A stretch of 64,000 nt of DNA from the NCBI RefSeq assembly GCF_016432865.1, contig NC_067401.1, positions 57,412,001 through 57,476,000 of the forward strand, in the 5' to 3' direction. Made by a program: the position numbers and the translations under genes. Under the pieces are notes generated by a model. It was not told where the DNA came from. It made no database searches and saw nothing but the letters and a program-made list of their open reading frames with translations. Below are positions 62,658 through 64,000 of this stretch, piece by piece. This DNA is from Antechinus flavipes. Lineage: Eukaryota. Numbering within the stretch: position 1 is the stretch's first letter; each line of letters opens with the position of its first letter.

Positions 62658-63597
62658 TACTATATGGAAAAAAAATGCTCTAACTCACTATTGATTGGGG
62701 ATATGCAAAGTAAAACACTTCTGAGGTAATACCTCATACCTATTAGATTAGTAAATGGGTCAGAAGAGGGAAATGACAATATTGAAGGAAATGTGATAAA
62801 AATGAGAAATTGATGTATTTTAGGTAGAATTGTGAACTGATTCAGCTATTCTGTAGAGCAAATGGGAGGAACTATGGCCAAAGAGCTATAAAATCATGCA
62901 TGACCTTTGATCTACCAATGCCACTCTAGGCATGTATCCCAAAAGAAATTTTTTAAAAATGGAAAAGAACATATATGTACAAAAATACTTGTCATTATTT
63001 GTTCAGAGCAAAGAATAGGAAATTGAGGTGATGCCCATCAATTAGGGAATGGCTGAATAAATTGTGATACATGGTTATGATGGAATACTATTGTTCTACA
63101 AGAAATAAAGAACAGGTTGATTGGGGAAAAAAATGGAAAGTCTTCCATAAGTTCATGCAAAGTGAAATGTACTGAGTACAAAGTAACAGCAATAGTGTGA
63201 GATGATCAGTTGTAAATGACTTAGTTATTCTCAGCAATACAATGATCCAAGACTACTCTGAAGGACTTAAGATGAAAAATGTTATCCATACCCAAAGAAA
63301 GAACTGATTGTGTCTAAATACAGATTGAAACATACTTCTTTTTTAAATTTATTTTTCCTGAAGGGTTTTTTGGGGAAGGTTAAGGGGGTGGGTGGGAGGT
63401 GATCTATATTCTCTTTCACAATGTGATTTTTATGGAAATGTTTTGCATAACTTCACATGTGCCTTTTCAGTGGGAGCTTGGGTGAGTGGGAAGGAAAGAA
63501 GAGAATCTGAAACTTACAGTTTTAAAAACAAAGATTAAAAATTGTTTCAGATGTAACTGGGAAAATAAATATGAAAAAAGTTTAAAAAAAAATAAAA
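61960..63597 (+). mobile_element. Internally deleted marsupial L1 derivative (L1_Mars/HAL1-like)
   Basis: ORF1-end/inter-ORF spacer sequence is joined at ~62478 to the ORF2 C-terminal remnant (SNEGLISQTYRKLSQI; compare L1 SDKGLISKIYxEL), followed by the 3'UTR and an A tail at ~63575-63597. Confidence 0.8.
62612..62653. repeat. (TA)21 microsatellite inside the L1 derivative
   Basis: Read directly. Confidence 0.95.
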
Positions 63598-64000
63598 GGG
63601 CAGCATCTTTCCCAATATCAAGGCAAGGAAGGATTAATAGAGTTCATCTTTTATACTTCAAATCCCCACCCTTCCACCTTGCTGCTCCCACTGGCAATAG
63701 TTGTGAACACCAGCTGTCATTTTGTGAAAAGTAGTAGAAAAGTGTCAGTATTCTATTATGAAAAGTCCTCATGGTATCAAAATGAAGGATAATCCTAAGG
63801 AAGATCCTTTAGGTTAGACCTTTCTCTTCCAGAAATAGCAAGACACATTCACAGGCACATAGATCCCCCAAATTTTGTGATGTCAGTAACTAGTGGAATC
63901 CCGAGAAAAGATCTCATTGGTTTCCTAACTCAGGGCCTGATTCCAACATAAGGTTAAATATAAATATGAGCTTTAGTTCCCATCTTTAATTCCTGTATTG

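Noticed and set aside
1-64000. CRISPR arrays, rRNA, intact tRNA, snoRNA or miRNA genes, bacterial or viral genes
   Set aside because: None seen. The sequence is mammalian intronic and promoter DNA. Small RNAs cannot be excluded without a covariance-model search.

Overview
AT-rich, CpG-depleted marsupial genomic DNA. The repeat content (WSINE1-type and Mar1-type SINEs, a devil-type L1 3' end, a 7SL retrocopy) points to an Australian marsupial, probably a dasyurid. The window holds the 5' end of NTNG1 (netrin G1) on the minus strand. That comprises a CpG-island promoter (~51.7-53.9 kb), one or two non-coding first exons (donors at 52023 and possibly 52395), a 7.3 kb first intron and exon 2 (43962-44732). 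Exon 2 has a 525-nt 5'UTR followed by the first 82 codons. Bases 1-43961 are part of a very large intron; the next coding exon is not in the window. The rest is old retroposon and DNA-transposon debris (L1, L2, L3/CR1, MIR, Mar1, hAT MITEs), microsatellites, four assembly gaps and several repeat-free, enhancer-like blocks. No prokaryote-type system (CRISPR, operon, rRNA, intact tRNA) is present, and no wholly new gene system is supported. The best lead is a dense upstream-ORF cassette in the NTNG1 leader whose make-up depends on first-exon choice, including a 29-aa uORF that may be conserved to human. Repeat family names and human comparisons come from memory of consensus sequences, not from a search, and most repeat boundaries are approximate.
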